Source of the DNA: Isurus oxyrinchus
Taxonomy: Eukaryota
Length of the DNA stretch: 64,000 bases
Assembly: GCA_026770705.1 (NCBI GenBank)
Contig: JANJGN010000012.1
Location: 45,880,001-45,944,000, forward strand
Reading direction: 5' to 3'
Positions 47,870 to 62,100 of this stretch are shown here, piece after piece. Both the position numbers and the translations under genes were made by a program. Below the pieces are notes generated by a model. The model was given only the letters and a program-made list of their open reading frames with translations, made no database searches and had not been told where the DNA came from. The stretch's first letter is position 1. Each line of letters opens with the position of its first letter.

Positions 47870-49520
47870 ATGTCATAGAGGTCTACAGCACAGAAAAAGG
47901 CCCTTCGGCCCATCAAGACTGCGCCAGTCAAAAAAGTACCTAACTATTCTAATCCCATTTTCCAGCACTAGGCATCACAAGTGCACATCCAAATACTTCT
48001 TAAATGTCATGAGAGTTTCTGCCTCTATCACCCTTTCAGGCAGTGAGTTCCAGATTCATACCCTGGGTGAAAAAATTCTTCCTCACATCCCCTCTAAATC
48101 TCTTGCCCCTTACCTTAAATCTATGACCCCTGGTTATTGGTCCCTCCACTAAGGGGAAAAGTTCCTTCCTGTCTACCCGATCTATGCCCCTCATAATTTT
48201 ATACACCTCAATCATGTCCTCCCTCAATCTCCTCTGCTCCAGGGAAAATAACCTCAGTCTATCCAATCTCTCCTCATAACTAAAACTCTCCAGCCCAGGC
48301 AATGTCCTGGTAAATCTCCTCTGCACTCGCTCTAGTGCAATCACATCCTTCCTATAATGCGGATTCCAGAACTGCATGCAATACTCCAGCTGTGGCTTAA
48401 CAAGCGTTTTATACAGTTCCAGCATAACCTCCCTGCTCTTATATTCTATGCCTCGGCTAATAAATGCAAGTATCCCATATGCCTTCTTAACTACATTACC
48501 TACCTGTCTCGCTACCTTAAGGGACCGGTGGACATGTACACCAAGGTTCCTCTGATCCTCGATACTTCCCAGGGTCCTACCATTCATCGTGTATTCCCGT
48601 GCCTTGTTTGTCCTGCCCAAGTGCATCAGCTCACACTTATCTAGATTAAATTCCATTTGCCACTGATCAGCCCATCTGACCAGCCCATCTATATCCTCCT
48701 GTAATCTAAGGCTATCCTCCTCACTAATTACTGTCCCACCAATGTTCATATCTTCCATGAACTGACTGATCAACCCTCCTACATTTGGGTCTAAACCATT
48801 TATATATACCAGAAACAGCAAGGGACCCAACACCAATCCCTGTGGAACACCACCGGATACAGGCAACCAGTCACAAAAACACCCCTGGTCCATCACCTTC
48901 TGTTTGCTGTCACTCAGCCAATTCTGGATTCAATTTGCCAAATTGCCTTGGATCCCATGGGTCTTACCTTTGTTATCAGTCTCCCATGTGGGACCTTATC
49001 AAAAGCCTTGCTGAAATCCAAGTAGACTACATCAAATGCATTGCCCTCATCTACACACCTGGTCACCTCTTTGAAAAATTAAATTAAACTGGTCAAACAT
49101 GACCTCCCCTTAACAAAACCATGCTGACTGTCCTTGATTAATCCCTGTGTTTCCAAGTGTAGATTAATTCTGTCCCTCAGAGTTGCTTCCAAAAGTTTCC
49201 CCACCACTGAGGTTAGACAGGCCTGTAGTTCCTTGATTTATCCCTTCCTCGCTTCTTGAATAAAGCTACCACATTGGATGTCCTCCGGTCCTCTGGCACC
49301 TCTCCTGTGGCCAGAGAGGTATTGAAAATTATTGCCAGCACTCAGCCTCGCGGATGCACCTCAATGCCTCCAGCTCTAAAACTTGGAGCTCAAGTAGCTG
49401 CAGCTGGCAGCACTTCCTGCACATGTGGTCGATCAGTGCTCAAGGAGCATCTAGGACTTCCCACATGTTGCAGGCGGTACATAACATGGGACTGAGCTGC
49501 CCTACCATACTTCTAGTTGA
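47870..49520 (-). mobile_element. CR1 LINE, internally deleted (ORF1 start joined to RT half)
   Basis: ORF 48036-48896 encodes the RT/C-terminus. 49340-49500 resembles the ORF1 zinc-finger region (10690-10850). Confidence 0.88.
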
Positions 49521-52500
49521 AAAAACCCTTACTTTAAGTTAAATACAGAAAAAAAACTTTAAATTATTTGTGTACTTTAAATAAAAACTAGAACTCTTAC
49601 CTTTCCTTAGCCTAATCTATTTTAAACTGGAGAAAAACATTTGCCCACTACTCACCAATCAGCTCTCGTCTTTGTGCTGACATCACTTTTTGAAGTTTCC
49701 CCACACTCGCACAAGTTCTGATCTCTCCTCCACTCTCTCGCGCTGTCTTGTGATGTCATTTTTGTTATTTTCAACAAGAACTTACTGCAGGGCATTCTTC
49801 CCAGGAATGTAAATCAATAGTTGTGACTTGCATCTAACTGGGGGCTGATCTGGAGTCACAACACCCCAGGGAAATACTCTAATGGCTGAGTATGCTGCAT
49901 GCCCAGCTAGTGATGTGATCCATGTGAAATAGCTTGGGGTCTTCAGTTTCAGACCTTTATGGGATAAGGGAGCTTCTCCACATCTGTAACATAACTGGAG
50001 GGATCTACAGATGAGGAGATCCAACACTGTATACATGGAACAACATGAAAGGCATCTAAAAAAGCACTTGATCACATATTTTAAGGGTAGGTAGGACTTC
50101 ATTCCTTCTAATCAGCAATTTATTTCACATGTTATTCTATTGAATAGATCACCTCTTAGTTCAGTGAGTACTGACACATTTGGTGTACTCAAAGAAGGAA
50201 ATTGATTCCTGGTTGCTGCAGCAGGTTGGGAGAGTGCTCATTCACCTCTGGAAACTGGGTTTGAATCTAATTTGAGCTGATGCAATAAATAGGAGCTCTC
50301 TTGTGACAAGAGGTCCTCAAAGTCATGAGTTTGGACCAGTTTCTTGAAGCAGCTTCACAAGTTTCTTAATTTGTATAGATTCTCAGGTAATGGTAGATTT
50401 CAGAATATACATTCATTGGTTGGTTCCAGGCACCCTTCGGCTATGGAAAAGAGTGGAGTGGACTGTGCCCACAAAAATGGAACCAACACATCCTGGGTGA
50501 TTCCAATTCAAAGTGCTGCCTTTGTTTTGCCGTAACCTTTGATGAGAGACCTGGAACCAAAGGACAGGATACTGAGGTTGAAGAGAGTAGGAGATGAATA
50601 AGATAAACAGTGGCTGGGTAACACCATGATTAGAGGGGAAGTAGAAACTCAAATTTTGAGTTACCTGAGAAGAACGAATTAGTTGGAGGTGGTGTGATCA
50701 ATCTTGATTACAATGTATTGAGAATAAAGGGGGCAGGAGTCTATAAAAGGACCTACAATTTGGTTAGCTGAAGTTCAAATATACCTGGGCTCCAAATCAG
50801 ACAAATGGCACAGTGGATTACGCGAGCCTCAGCACAAGGATGAAAAAAATAACAACTTATTCCCATGAAATGGCCTAAAGCATTTAACTATAGAATTCAC
50901 TGTCAGTTAAAATAATCTGAGGCATTTTGGAGAGTAAATAGGGCAAAACTGTTTCCATTGGCAGGATGGTTATAACCAGAGTACAAAGATTTAACATAAT
51001 TGGCAGCGAATCACAGTCGTTTTGTATGGCAAGATATGATCAAGAAAACACTGGGTGATTGGGTGGTGGAAGCAGATTCAATAGTACCTTTCAAAGGAGA
51101 ATTGGATATACTCTTGAATAGGAAAAATTGAGAGCCATTGGAAAAGAGCAATGTGGCATAGGCATAATGGGCTGAATAACCACTTTCTGTGCTGGATCAT
51201 TCTAGTTGATGAAAACTCATCATCCTAGAATTGGATAATTTGGCTATTGGGTGAGTTTTTCACATAAATAGTTAAAAATGTATCATGAAAAATTTTCAGC
51301 TGAAAATTCCTTCTCTGCCATTTTTTGACCTAAAGTATTGCCCTAAATATGTGCTTTCATGAAATGCTGTATATTTCACAACATAAATAAGTTTGCCTAA
51401 TGAATTGCCCTTGCATTTTGTCATGCCTTTATCAAAGCCTTTGTCGGAAGCTCTCAACATCTCCCAATAATCTGGGCCTGGCCTTTTGCTCAAATTGTGA
51501 GCTAATGAGCTAAATTTGTTTTTTTCCGAAATGTTCTTAAACAAAGAGGCTGTGTGTGCATCTGTGGGGAAAGAAATACACATTGTATTGATGATGCATT
51601 TTTATAGCTTTTATTTATCTATAAATATCAGAACTTATACTAAGTTGGAGAAGAGAAAGAGTGCCTTCTCTTCATGTTAATGTAGTTAAAATCAAAATAA
51701 CCTGAATTTTGAGAATAATCATTTATTTTTGCTGACACAAATTTATTGTGTGAGACAGGTATATAAAGTATATCTTCCTTATTTTAATTTGATCTAAAGA
51801 GTTAAATTCTGAAAGAAAACAAAGCTTGAGAGAAGCAGAATAGGAGAGAGAGGACAAAGAAACCACCTTGAGAGTGAGGAGACCCGAGATGAGTGGCTAG
51901 CTCAAAAGGACAAGAGTGAAGGTATCGTGGTAGACAGGAAGGAGAGATGGTAGTGGGAAGGTGAATAAATGTGCAATGTAACGCAAGTGACAGGGTGAGA
52001 AGAGTATGTATGATGTGGAAGTGAGCTGCTGAGGGAAACATTTTTTCAACAATTCCACCCTATCATGCCAGACAATCATTACATACCACCCAGAAGGAAC
52101 CAAGAAAAATGCAAGCAGAGGAGAAGAGAGAATTAGGAAGAGAGAAGCATAGCAAGGGAGAAGCATGAGAAGAGCCAAAGAAAGAGGCAGAACAGAAGGG
52201 GAGAAAAAAGCAACGCAAAAATTACAGACACAGCTAAGAGATAATTCATATTCTCTAATTTATCATGTACAATGATGTCAGCGATCACACGATGAAGCAA
52301 TAATTTCACAAAACAATGCTGCAAATTCCAAGAGTGAAACTCTAGTACTATATTAATACAGCAGTTGTAGAGATTGAAGTACTACATTAACCTCACCATG
52401 AATAAGCTTTGAGGTTTGTTTGACTGGTTAGTGGACAGTGCAATGGTACAGTGTAGGTGCAAAATCAAGAAACCAACTGCTATCATGTGCAAATCATCCA

Positions 52501-52734
52501 GCGGCTCCAAACATCACAAGAAAGAAATGTAGTGGGCACAATGGCTTAGGTTAGAAGCCACATCCAAAGCTGGATGCTGATACTGGTGATCCAAATTTGT
52601 CTTGCTTAGTTGGGACACTTGTAAGCTATAAGGGAAGTGGATGGCAGGAAATGTATTGCAGATTGTAACATAACTTCACAATGTAAATGTGTTTTATTAT
52701 GTCATCACCATGTTTCCTCTGGTCTCGATTGCAG

Positions 52735-53031
52735 CTCAGCAACTCCCTGTTCCTTCAATAAGCTACTTGGGTTTTCAGCAGATATCCACTAAAGGAGCCA
52801 GCACACATAAGTTTGCCTGGCCAGCAAATTGCCCGTGGGCTTGGTTGGAGTCAGCTGGACAGTCGCTGGGAGTTCATGAGCAGTGAGGTCACATCCAGTG
52901 AAGTGTTGTGGTACAGTTTCAGCAGCCACCTGGCGGTCTCAGCAGACTGGAACAGTGGGAAGGTATACTTTTGTACAGTTCAACAAGGAACAGTTTTGAA
53001 AACAACCGCAACACTCACATAATCCGATTAA
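52735..53031 (+). pseudogene. Orphan degenerate Ig light-chain C exon (C3)
   Basis: Intact acceptor TTGCAG, then AQQLPVPS.., VSWTV, SSEV, FSSHLAVSADWNSGKVYFCTVQQGT, with several frameshifts and deletions. Confidence 0.85.
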
Positions 53032-53823
53032 GATTAAAGTTTCACAAGTTTGTACTGTCTGATTTGTGACATTAGGAGACACTGCACAACTGGAGCTTAC
53101 AGCAGGAAATGTTCATTTAAAGATCTAAAGCAGAGTTCTTCAAACTTATTTATTCTGTATTTTTCATTATTTCTATGGCCTTCTTTAATGCCTTGGAATA
53201 TTTAGTGGCTCCAAAATGGCAGGGGTTAAAAAAAATTAAGCTTTTCAGCAGACTGCTTCTTATTTTTCAGGCAAGTCTTCAGTTATGGAATAGTGACATT
53301 TGGGTGCCATCTTTGGTCTCTTGTGCCCCTCATTTAGGAAGGGCGGGGATGCCGAACTCACCCAGCGCTCTCGCTCCAGATGGCTAATGGAAAGGCAGGA
53401 TGAGGACAAGATCAGGCTCTGTAGGGATGGGCAAAGAGCCTGCTAATATTCACTCTCTGTCTCACACATAAATAGATAGCACTTGGCTGAAGTATTGCAA
53501 CTGGCACATTTGTAAGTCAGCAGGCTCGAGGAGAGGACAGGAGGGAAAGGAAGACATTGTTTAAAAAAACACAACCATATTTAAAAACAAAAGTGGATAT
53601 TAAATACACTGCATGAAAAGGTGGTGGGAGCAGATTCAACTGGAACTCTAAAAAGGAAAGTGAATACTTGAAAAGAAGAATCTCAGTGGGGTGTGGCTAA
53701 TTGCTTTGCCTTTCAAAGAGCCAAAACAGATGGATTGAATGGCCTCCTATGTATGTTTCTATTATCTGCAAAAGAGTATCAAAATGCAAGTTGTAAAGAG
53801 AATATCATTCTTTCCAATATTAC

Positions 53824-54716
53824 TGTGGAGGCTGTGTGTGTATTGAGTGTGCGTGACTAATTTAATTAAACTGAAGACAGACTTCAAGGTCTAAATCATC
53901 AAAGGGATAAGGTGTAAAAGCTGGTATTTTGAAAAGGAGAGAGATGAGCTGAGGTCCCAGTAGATACAGTATGAATAGGAATTTGCATTATGAGATAAGT
54001 GAGAAGTGATTTGTTATCTATATATTGAATTTCAAAGAGGCATAACAGGAAGTTTTACAACTGACAAAGATTGTAATTAAATGAGGCAAAGTTTTGTTTT
54101 TCCTGCAAGTGCTGACCACATGAAAAATTTTTATATTCTGGGAAAAAGAGTTAAAATAATGGGTTTAAAGATCAAAAGGAAGAAAATATTTTTAAGGAAA
54201 GATTGAAAGCTGTGTGGTAGGTGGCCATGTGAGATCTTGAGGAGTGGACGGTGTGAAGACTGGCCTGTAATAAGCACCTCAGAGAGGTGCTTGTATGTTC
54301 CAGAAAGCGATGTTTTGTTACAAGCCTTGGATTTCCATTCTCAAGTGAGGGGGAAGCTTGTGAAGTACCTCTTGTAGCAACAGTGGGTGCCTCATGGTAA
54401 TATTACTGGATGTTTTATAAATTAAGAATCTATTTGGAGTCTAGTTAACTAGAAGTCTTTTGGGAAATGTTGCAAGGCAAAACTTAACTGTGTAACTGTA
54501 ATCTTGTGTGTTTTAAGTTTTCTTTTGTTTTATTAATAAAGGTTTTAGTTTAATATTCAAAATCTCCAAATATGGTAGTGGAGTCTTTACTTCTGACTTC
54601 AGTGCACATACCTTCTCGTAATAAAATACAAATTTGCAAATTGTTTTGATAGCTCGGTCAAATTTCCCTTTGGGATTTGGTCAGCTTGGCAATTACCACC
54701 TGCCATATCATTAACA
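53824..54716 (+). mobile_element. Possible solo LTR
   Basis: TG...CA ends, AATAAA at ~54535, and weak similarity to the minus-strand repeats at 34255-34720 and 46240-46760. No TSD found. Confidence 0.35.
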
Positions 54717-56448
54717 ATGTGTTCAAATGGAATGTGCAACTATGAGAAAGTTTGAAACCCAGAATTTCTTATCTGTGCTCTGGTGTCAGGTGAGACACCA
54801 AGTGAATTGCCAAAGGATAGGAAAACCAAATGGGCTGAATTAACACAGGATACTATCCTACATTGCCTGGTGCGTGGTCTTGCAACAGGCCCATCTGCAC
54901 AGCCTATCCGTGGAGTTAGGAAGAGGGTGGACCTGAGAAAGGTAGCACTACTGACTCAGTTGATAAATGCAACATATAGATCAGAAGATGCGAAGTTTAC
55001 TGATTGATCCATGTTGAGTTAACTTATCACGGCCATCTTTATAAGTGGCTGCAACGTCCACAGAATAGGGGGAGAAATCACTGGGGATCTTGCTCTAATG
55101 GCAATCTTCTGACCCCTACTGAAAAATGTGTTTACAGATCTTAGGTGAAGCAGCTTTGATGGTGTGCACAGTAGGATTGTTCAGCCTACCATGCCTAAGC
55201 CAGCTTCTTGACAAAAGCTATCCAAATAGTCCCCTCATTCCCCTGATCTTTCCCCTTAGCCCTGCAACTGTTTTCCTTTGAATTATTTATCCCTTTCTCT
55301 TTTGAATCTGCTTCCACCAACCTTTCATGTAGCCCATTTGCTGCTTAAATGAAATCTCCCCACAGTTCTTATGCAAATTGTGTTATGTGTTCTCTAGTTA
55401 CCAACAACTTCCTTCCTACCACCCCCACCAGTAAAAACAAACAGTTTCTCCCTACTAAATCCCCCCATTAACAATCTCATTGGGATGGGATGAAAAGTCT
55501 CAGTGCCCATTTTGTAAGCTCACATTTGAGCAGTGTGCAGTCAGACAAGGTACCAGAGGGCTGCTTTTAACACTGACACCACACCCACCTTTCATGGTTT
55601 AGACAGGTCAAGAATGGCTACTTGGACAAGTTGCTTGATAACATCCTTGGCTAGTAATCAACATGAGTGAATGTGGTCAGAAGTTCAAGAGGGGCAAAAA
55701 TTATTTAACAACTTTGGTCTAAATACCAAAGGTGCTTCATGGACTGCTGGGGTTATGGATGAACGATCTACATGATGCAACTGGATTTCCAATGTACACT
55801 TATCATTAACCAAATTCAAAGGATTTGGGGATGGACGTGAGGCTGTTGTAATACCAAGATTGCTAATGCCAAAGCTTTTAGTTTGTAATGCTATATCCTC
55901 CCAGCCTGAATTAATTAAATGACATTTTTACTATTTCGAACTACATGTGACAGCTATCATGAATGCTACAATCATTCTTAGTAGATTTGAGAACAGGAAG
56001 AAAAAAAAATAAACCAGGATTCCTCCTCCTGCTGACCTTCGTTGGCCGATTGCATGTAAAAGGGATATCAAAGGAGCACTTTAGGTTCAGCTGTGATTTC
56101 TACAGCCATAGAATATCCTGGTGCTATTCACTATCTAGCTCAAAATAATAGACAGAATGATGCTCTTGTTCTCTCCTCTAGTGTCCCAGGCCTGTTAAAA
56201 AATTGCAGGATGGAGAAAAAGCTATATTTCAATTTCAAGTTAGGGAGACATCTGTGAATGGGGTCCTAGTGATCAACTAGTTGCAAATTTCTTAACACAG
56301 CAGGAAAGCCCAAGTTATCGGAACTGGATCTAGCAATGTAAACATTGTAATTTTAACTAAAAAAGGTATGAAAACATTACAACCATGATAGGTAATGCAG
56401 TAGCAGCATAGGACAATCTTTTTCGAAAGACTGGATCCTGTCCAGTTG

Positions 56449-59181
56449 AAAACAGAATTACCTGGAAAAACTCAGCAGGTCTGGCAGCATCGACGGAGAA
56501 AAAAAAAAGTTGACATTTTGAGTCCTCATACCCTTCAACAGAACTGAGTGAAATTAGGAGAGGGGTGAAATATAAACTGGTTTAAGGTTGTTGAGAGGGG
56601 GGGGGCGGGGTGCGGTGTGGTTGTAGGGACAAGCAAGCAATGATAGGAGCAGATAAACAAAAGATGTCACAGACAAAAGAACAAAGAGGTGTTGAAGGTG
56701 GTGATATTATCTAAACGAATGTGCTAATTAAGAATGGATGGCAGGACCCACAAGGTACAGCTCTAGTGGGGGTGGGGTGGAATAAGACTAACTGGGCATA
56801 AAAGGTATAGATTTAAAATAATGGAAATAGGTGGGAAAAGAAAAATCTGTATAAATTATTGGAAACAAAAGGGGGGGGGGAAGAAACAGATAGGGGGTGG
56901 GGATGGAGGAGGGAGTTCAAGATCTAAAGCTGATGAATTCAATATTCGGTCCAGAAGGCTGTAAAGTGCCTGGTCGGAAAAGAAGGTGCTGTTCCTCCTG
57001 TTTGCGTTGGGCTTCACTGGAACAATGCAACAAGCAAAGGACAGACATACGGGCAAGAGAGCAGGATGGAGTGTTAAAATGGCAAGTGACAATGAGGTTT
57101 GGGTCTTTCTTGCGGACAGATCGCAGGTGTTCTGCAAAGTGGTCACCCAGTTTGCATTTGGTCTCTCCAATGTAGAGGAGACTGCATTGGGAACAACAAA
57201 TGCAGTAGACTAAGTTGGGGGAAATGCAAGTGAAAGGCTGCTTCACTTGAAAGGAGCGTTTGGGCCCTTGGATGGTGAGGAGAGGAAAGGGCAGGTGTTG
57301 CATCTTTTGCATTTGCATGGGGAGATGCTGTAGGTGGGGGTTGAGAAGTAGGGGGTGATGGAGGTGTGGACCAAGGTGTCCTGGAGGGAACGAACCCTAC
57401 GGAATGCCACCGGTGGGGGGGCAGGGGGTGGTGTGAAGGGAAGATGTGTTTGGTGTTGGTATCATATTGGAGTTGGCGGAGGATGATCCTTTGAATATGG
57501 AGGCTGGTGGGATGGTAAGAACATGGGGGTCCCTCTCATGTTTCTGGGAGGGAGAACTCGTGAGGGCAGATGCACGGGAGATGGGCCTGACACGGTTGAG
57601 GGCCCTGTCAACAACCGTGGGTGGAAAACCTTGGTTGAGGAAGGAGGAGGACATGTCGGAGGAACTGTTTTTGAAGGCAGCATCATCAGAACAGACGACG
57701 GAGGCGAAGGAACTGAGAGAACGGGATGGAGTCCTTACAGGAAGCAGACTGTGAGCTGTAGTCAAGGTAGCTGTGGGAGTCAGTAGGTTTGTATTGGGAT
57801 ATTGGTGGACAGTCTATCACCAGAAATTAAGACAGAGAAGTCAAGGAAGGGAAGAGAAGTGTCAGAGATGGACCATGTGAAAATGATGGAGATTGGAAAC
57901 AAAATTAATAAATTTTTCCAGGTCCTGACAATAGCATGAAGCAGCGCCAAAGTAATCATCGAAGTACCGGAGAAAGAGTTGTGGGAGGGGGCTGGAGTAG
58001 GACTGGAACAAGGAATGTTCCACATATCCCATAAAGAGACAGGCATAGCTGGGGCCCATGCGGGTACCCATAGGCACACCTTTTATTTGGAGGAAATGAG
58101 AGGAGTTAAAGGAGAAATTGTTCAGTGTGAGAACAAGTTTAGCCAGACAGAGGATAGTGGTGGATGGGGATTGTTTGGGCCTCTGTTCGAGGAAGAAGCT
58201 AAGGGCCCTTGGACCATCCTGGGGAGGGGGGGGGGGGGGGGGGGGTGGTGGAGGTGTAGAGGGATTGGACGTCCAAGGTGAAGAGGAAGTGGTTGGGGCC
58301 AGGAAACTGGAAATTGTTGTTGTGACATAAGGTGTCAGAGGAATCATGGATGTAGTTGGGAAGGGACTGGACAAGGGGAGAGAGAAGGGAGTCAAGATAA
58401 CTAGAAATGAGTTCCGTGGGGCAGGAACAGGCTGACACGATTTGCCTGCCGGGACAGTCCTGTTTGTGGATTTTGGGTAGGAGGTAGAAGTGGGCCATCC
58501 AAGGTTGGGCGACTATCAGGTTGGAAGCTGTGGGAGGAAGATCTCCAGAGATGAGGTCAGCGACAGTCCTGGAAACGATGGCTTGATGTTTAGTGGTGGG
58601 ATCATGGTCCAGGGAGAGGTAGGAGGAAGCGTCTGCGAGTTGACACTCAGCCTCCGCAAGGTAGAGGTCAGTGTGCCAGACAGCGACAGCACCACCCTTG
58701 TCAGCGGGTTTGATGACAATATTGGGGTTGGACCTGAGAATGGAGTGCAGTAAGTTCAGAGAGAGACAGATTAGAATGGGTGAGAGGAGCAGAGAAAATG
58801 AGACGACTAATATCACACCAACAGTTCTCAATGAAAAGATCAAGAGAAGGTAAGAATCCAGAGGGTCCAGGTGGATGGAGAATACTGGAGGTGGGTAAAA
58901 GGATCCGTTGAACGGGGAGAGGACTCCTGCCCAAAGAAATGAGCCCGGAGATGAAGACAGCAGAAGATGAGTTCAGCATCGTTCCGAGCCCAAAATTCAT
59001 TGAGATGAGGGCGTAAGGGTATGAAACTAAGTCCTTTGCTGAGCACTGAACGTCCAGCATTGGAGTGGGGAAGGTCAGGGGGTATAGTGAATACACGGCC
59101 CGGGCTGGGATTGGAAGATGGGGTGGGGACGGAGGGACAGGCAGGGGTGGAAGGTCCTAGATGGGTGTTGGTGTCGATGAG
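56449..59181 (-). mobile_element. Penelope-like element (RT + GIY-YIG + pLTR), frameshifted
   Basis: IVIKPADKGGAV, LPKIHKQDCPGR, PMGTRMGPSYA, RYFDD, LLYIGETK. 13-bp TSD TCCTGTCCAGTTG at 56436-56448 and 59182-59194. Confidence 0.94.
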
Positions 59182-62100
59182 TCCTGTCCAGTTGGGTAGA
59201 TACTTGAGATGGATAGGATGTTAAGCATAGGAAAAATGCAAAAATCAATCCTTAAGCAGAGTTAGGATGTGTTTGTTTTAATGAATTTTGGCAAATATCG
59301 ATTCCCTACAGTCTTTCAAAAAGGAATTGGGTTTCTGGAAAAGGTGGCAGCATTTTACGAACCTATGCTGAAGGAGGGTCCCTGCCCAGCTGTTGGCAGT
59401 GCACATTACAAGACTGAGTGGAACCTAATCTGTCAGCAGCATAAACCTCAACACTTTTAAAGCAGCATTAACAGCATCCTGAACCATGGTACCAGAACTA
59501 ACAAGTGACTAAAAACTTTGTTAAAAAGACAGGTTTTGAGAGGATTTTTATTAAGTAGTTAGGTGAACAGACAGGTTTGGACAAAAATCTCCAGTAAATA
59601 CAGCAAGCTTAAAGCAGCTGAAATTTGTGCCACCAATTACGGGACAATAGGAAAAGGAAATGCATAAAAATAGGCCAAAGTCAGAGGACAGAAGCATGAG
59701 GGAGGAGCAGGCACATCTGGAGATCATGCAGACAGGAATGGAGTTTGGCCAGAAAAGGATTTAAAGACAAGGTCAAAAATTTTAAATTTAACGTTTTGGA
59801 AATAAGGGCTCAGTGTAGTAATTGTAAGACTTCTGACAAGTTGACCAGAAGTTAGGATCCAGCATGGTTAAGGAATGTAATTTGTCTGCTCTGCCCAAAG
59901 CTCAACTTTCATGCTTCTAAATGTCACATTCTCTTGACAACTTTATATTCCAGACTGGGATATGAATGGAATATGTCCAATGTTTTGTCCCCACACTTTT
60001 CAATGTGTATTTTGTGTACCAGTTAAAAATTAGTCTAGTGTTGAGAGGCCTTTTTCAGATATGAGTTACAATATTTACTGTAGAACTTCTTTGGTTAAAG
60101 CTGAATCTATTAGTTTCCCCAAAGGTGCAACTGCGTGCAACACTTTTAAGTCTCCAACATGATCCTGACAGTGAAATCACGCAGCCAGGTCATGAACGGG
60201 TACCACAGTGCATGAAAGGAAAGCAGGTGACCAGGAAGCCATCCTATCCTAATTAGGCTAGGCCCCATCTGGAGTAAAATTTCAGTGTTCCATGAAATGG
60301 ATTTTCAAAGTGCTTAGCACAATTGTCAAACCTGGGTGCAGAACAAAGACACTCAAAACGGAAAACACTGGCTAAGTAAAGGTCATTAAAAAAAGAGCCT
60401 AAACATTATTTCAAAGAGTATTTATTCCAGTCTACATACTTCAGGCCTGCTGTTTTTTTTCCACTGGACTGTACAGCAATTTTGTGAAAACTGGACATAA
60501 AAACAGTAACTTCTTATAAAAATCTGTACAGCAAAGTTCCTAAATACCCTAATACAAATTACTCCTATACAGATGACATACAATACGGAGCGATGATTTT
60601 TTAAAATAAAATCATTTTTCTATTATGTTTCATTTCATATTTTTGTTAAAATATAAAAACACATGACGTGTTATTCCTTTTTTGGGCACATTTTTGGTAC
60701 AGGTCGTCCAGATAGATGTGATTTGTCCACCATGTCTGGTCTGGCTTCTTGATATTATGCCATTACTGGAAAGTGTAAATGCCAAGAAGCGGAACAATGT
60801 TGAACTTGGCTTAAAACAAAAGCTAATTTTAAAAATTCTATTATTCGTTAGGAGCCAGAGTTGCCAGATCCAATCATTCCTGTCATAGTTAAGAATAAAC
60901 AAGCCAAGTTTCAGATTATTGAGATCAGAGCCTGCAGTCAGCCCATTGGCAAAGGCTCATATGTAACCCAGCAGCACAGATGAAAAGGACAAAACAAAAG
61001 AACTGTATTTACCAGCAATTTTGAACTGTATTTACCTACTTCAACTTACAGGGGAATGCACTTCTCCAAATTATGACCCATAGAATGTAATATCAAATAT
61101 CACACTAGCCACCTTGTTTCCTTCAATAATAACATTCACACTCGGCTTCCAGGCCATTTAAGATACGAATCTACAGGGCCACACAGTTTCATTTAAAAGT
61201 TCTCATTTATCCATTAATGAGGCATCAGCTGCGATATCCACCCTTTATGAACTTTCAGGGCCTCAATATCAAACTGGTCTAGCCATAAAAGTATAAGTAT
61301 GCACCCAAAGAGCACAAAGCCAAAATGTCAAATGTCTGATCTTTCCACACATTCAGACTTACTGGTTCTATGCTTCCAGTGTTTTCTGTTTTAGTTTCAA
61401 ATACAATCCAGTTCCCTAAACTTCATGGGTCAGTTTCCAGATGTGGCCCACAAGCCACACTTTTAATACCCCGAATTGGATCCAAATTAATATAGAAAAC
61501 TTAAGATTTTGGTTGGGCTGTTTTGGTTTTATTTAAGTGCCATATCTTATCTTTTCTAATCCAATTATTCAGGAGTACCATCTTGGGAAACTGTTCAAAT
61601 AACAGCCTATAGGTCAAATGCAACCCCAAGCCCCATCAAATTGAGCCAACTCAGCCTTAGTTTCTGTTGATTGGCTGGCATCCTGGAGTAGCCCTGGAGA
61701 TTTGTAAAGGGCTTTTTAAACACTGTTGTCACAATATTAGATAAATATTAATCTGAACACCAAGATCTATTACTCTCAGCAACTTCAGATTTACATAGGT
61801 TAACAGAAAGATGGGTTTAAACATTATATTTGGCCTCCCTAAGATTTGCTGTAACGCAAAAATTAAATGATGAACATCACAGACAATTTTTATTTAAGGC
61901 AAAAAAAAACTTATTACAGCCTGACTTTTATCATGTCATCCTTATTCAAAGATTAGGAACAGAATTTTTAACTGTTCTTTTAGCTGCAAGTTTGTGAGTT
62001 GGAGAGGGCGGGGGGGGGGGGGGGGGGTGCTGGTGGTGGATGCAGTGGAGAGCTGGTAGCGGCCAATAAAACATTTGTTCCCACAAATTCAACTAATTTG

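Noticed and set aside
53981-53988. Perfect octamer ATTTGCAT
   Set aside because: Lies inside a putative LTR with no leader or V exon downstream; expected by chance.
58220-58250. Long G-run (also ~62005-62027) as a G-quadruplex or poly-Pro coding feature
   Set aside because: Homopolymer expansion, in this case inside a dead PLE; length is unreliable and there is no evidence of function.
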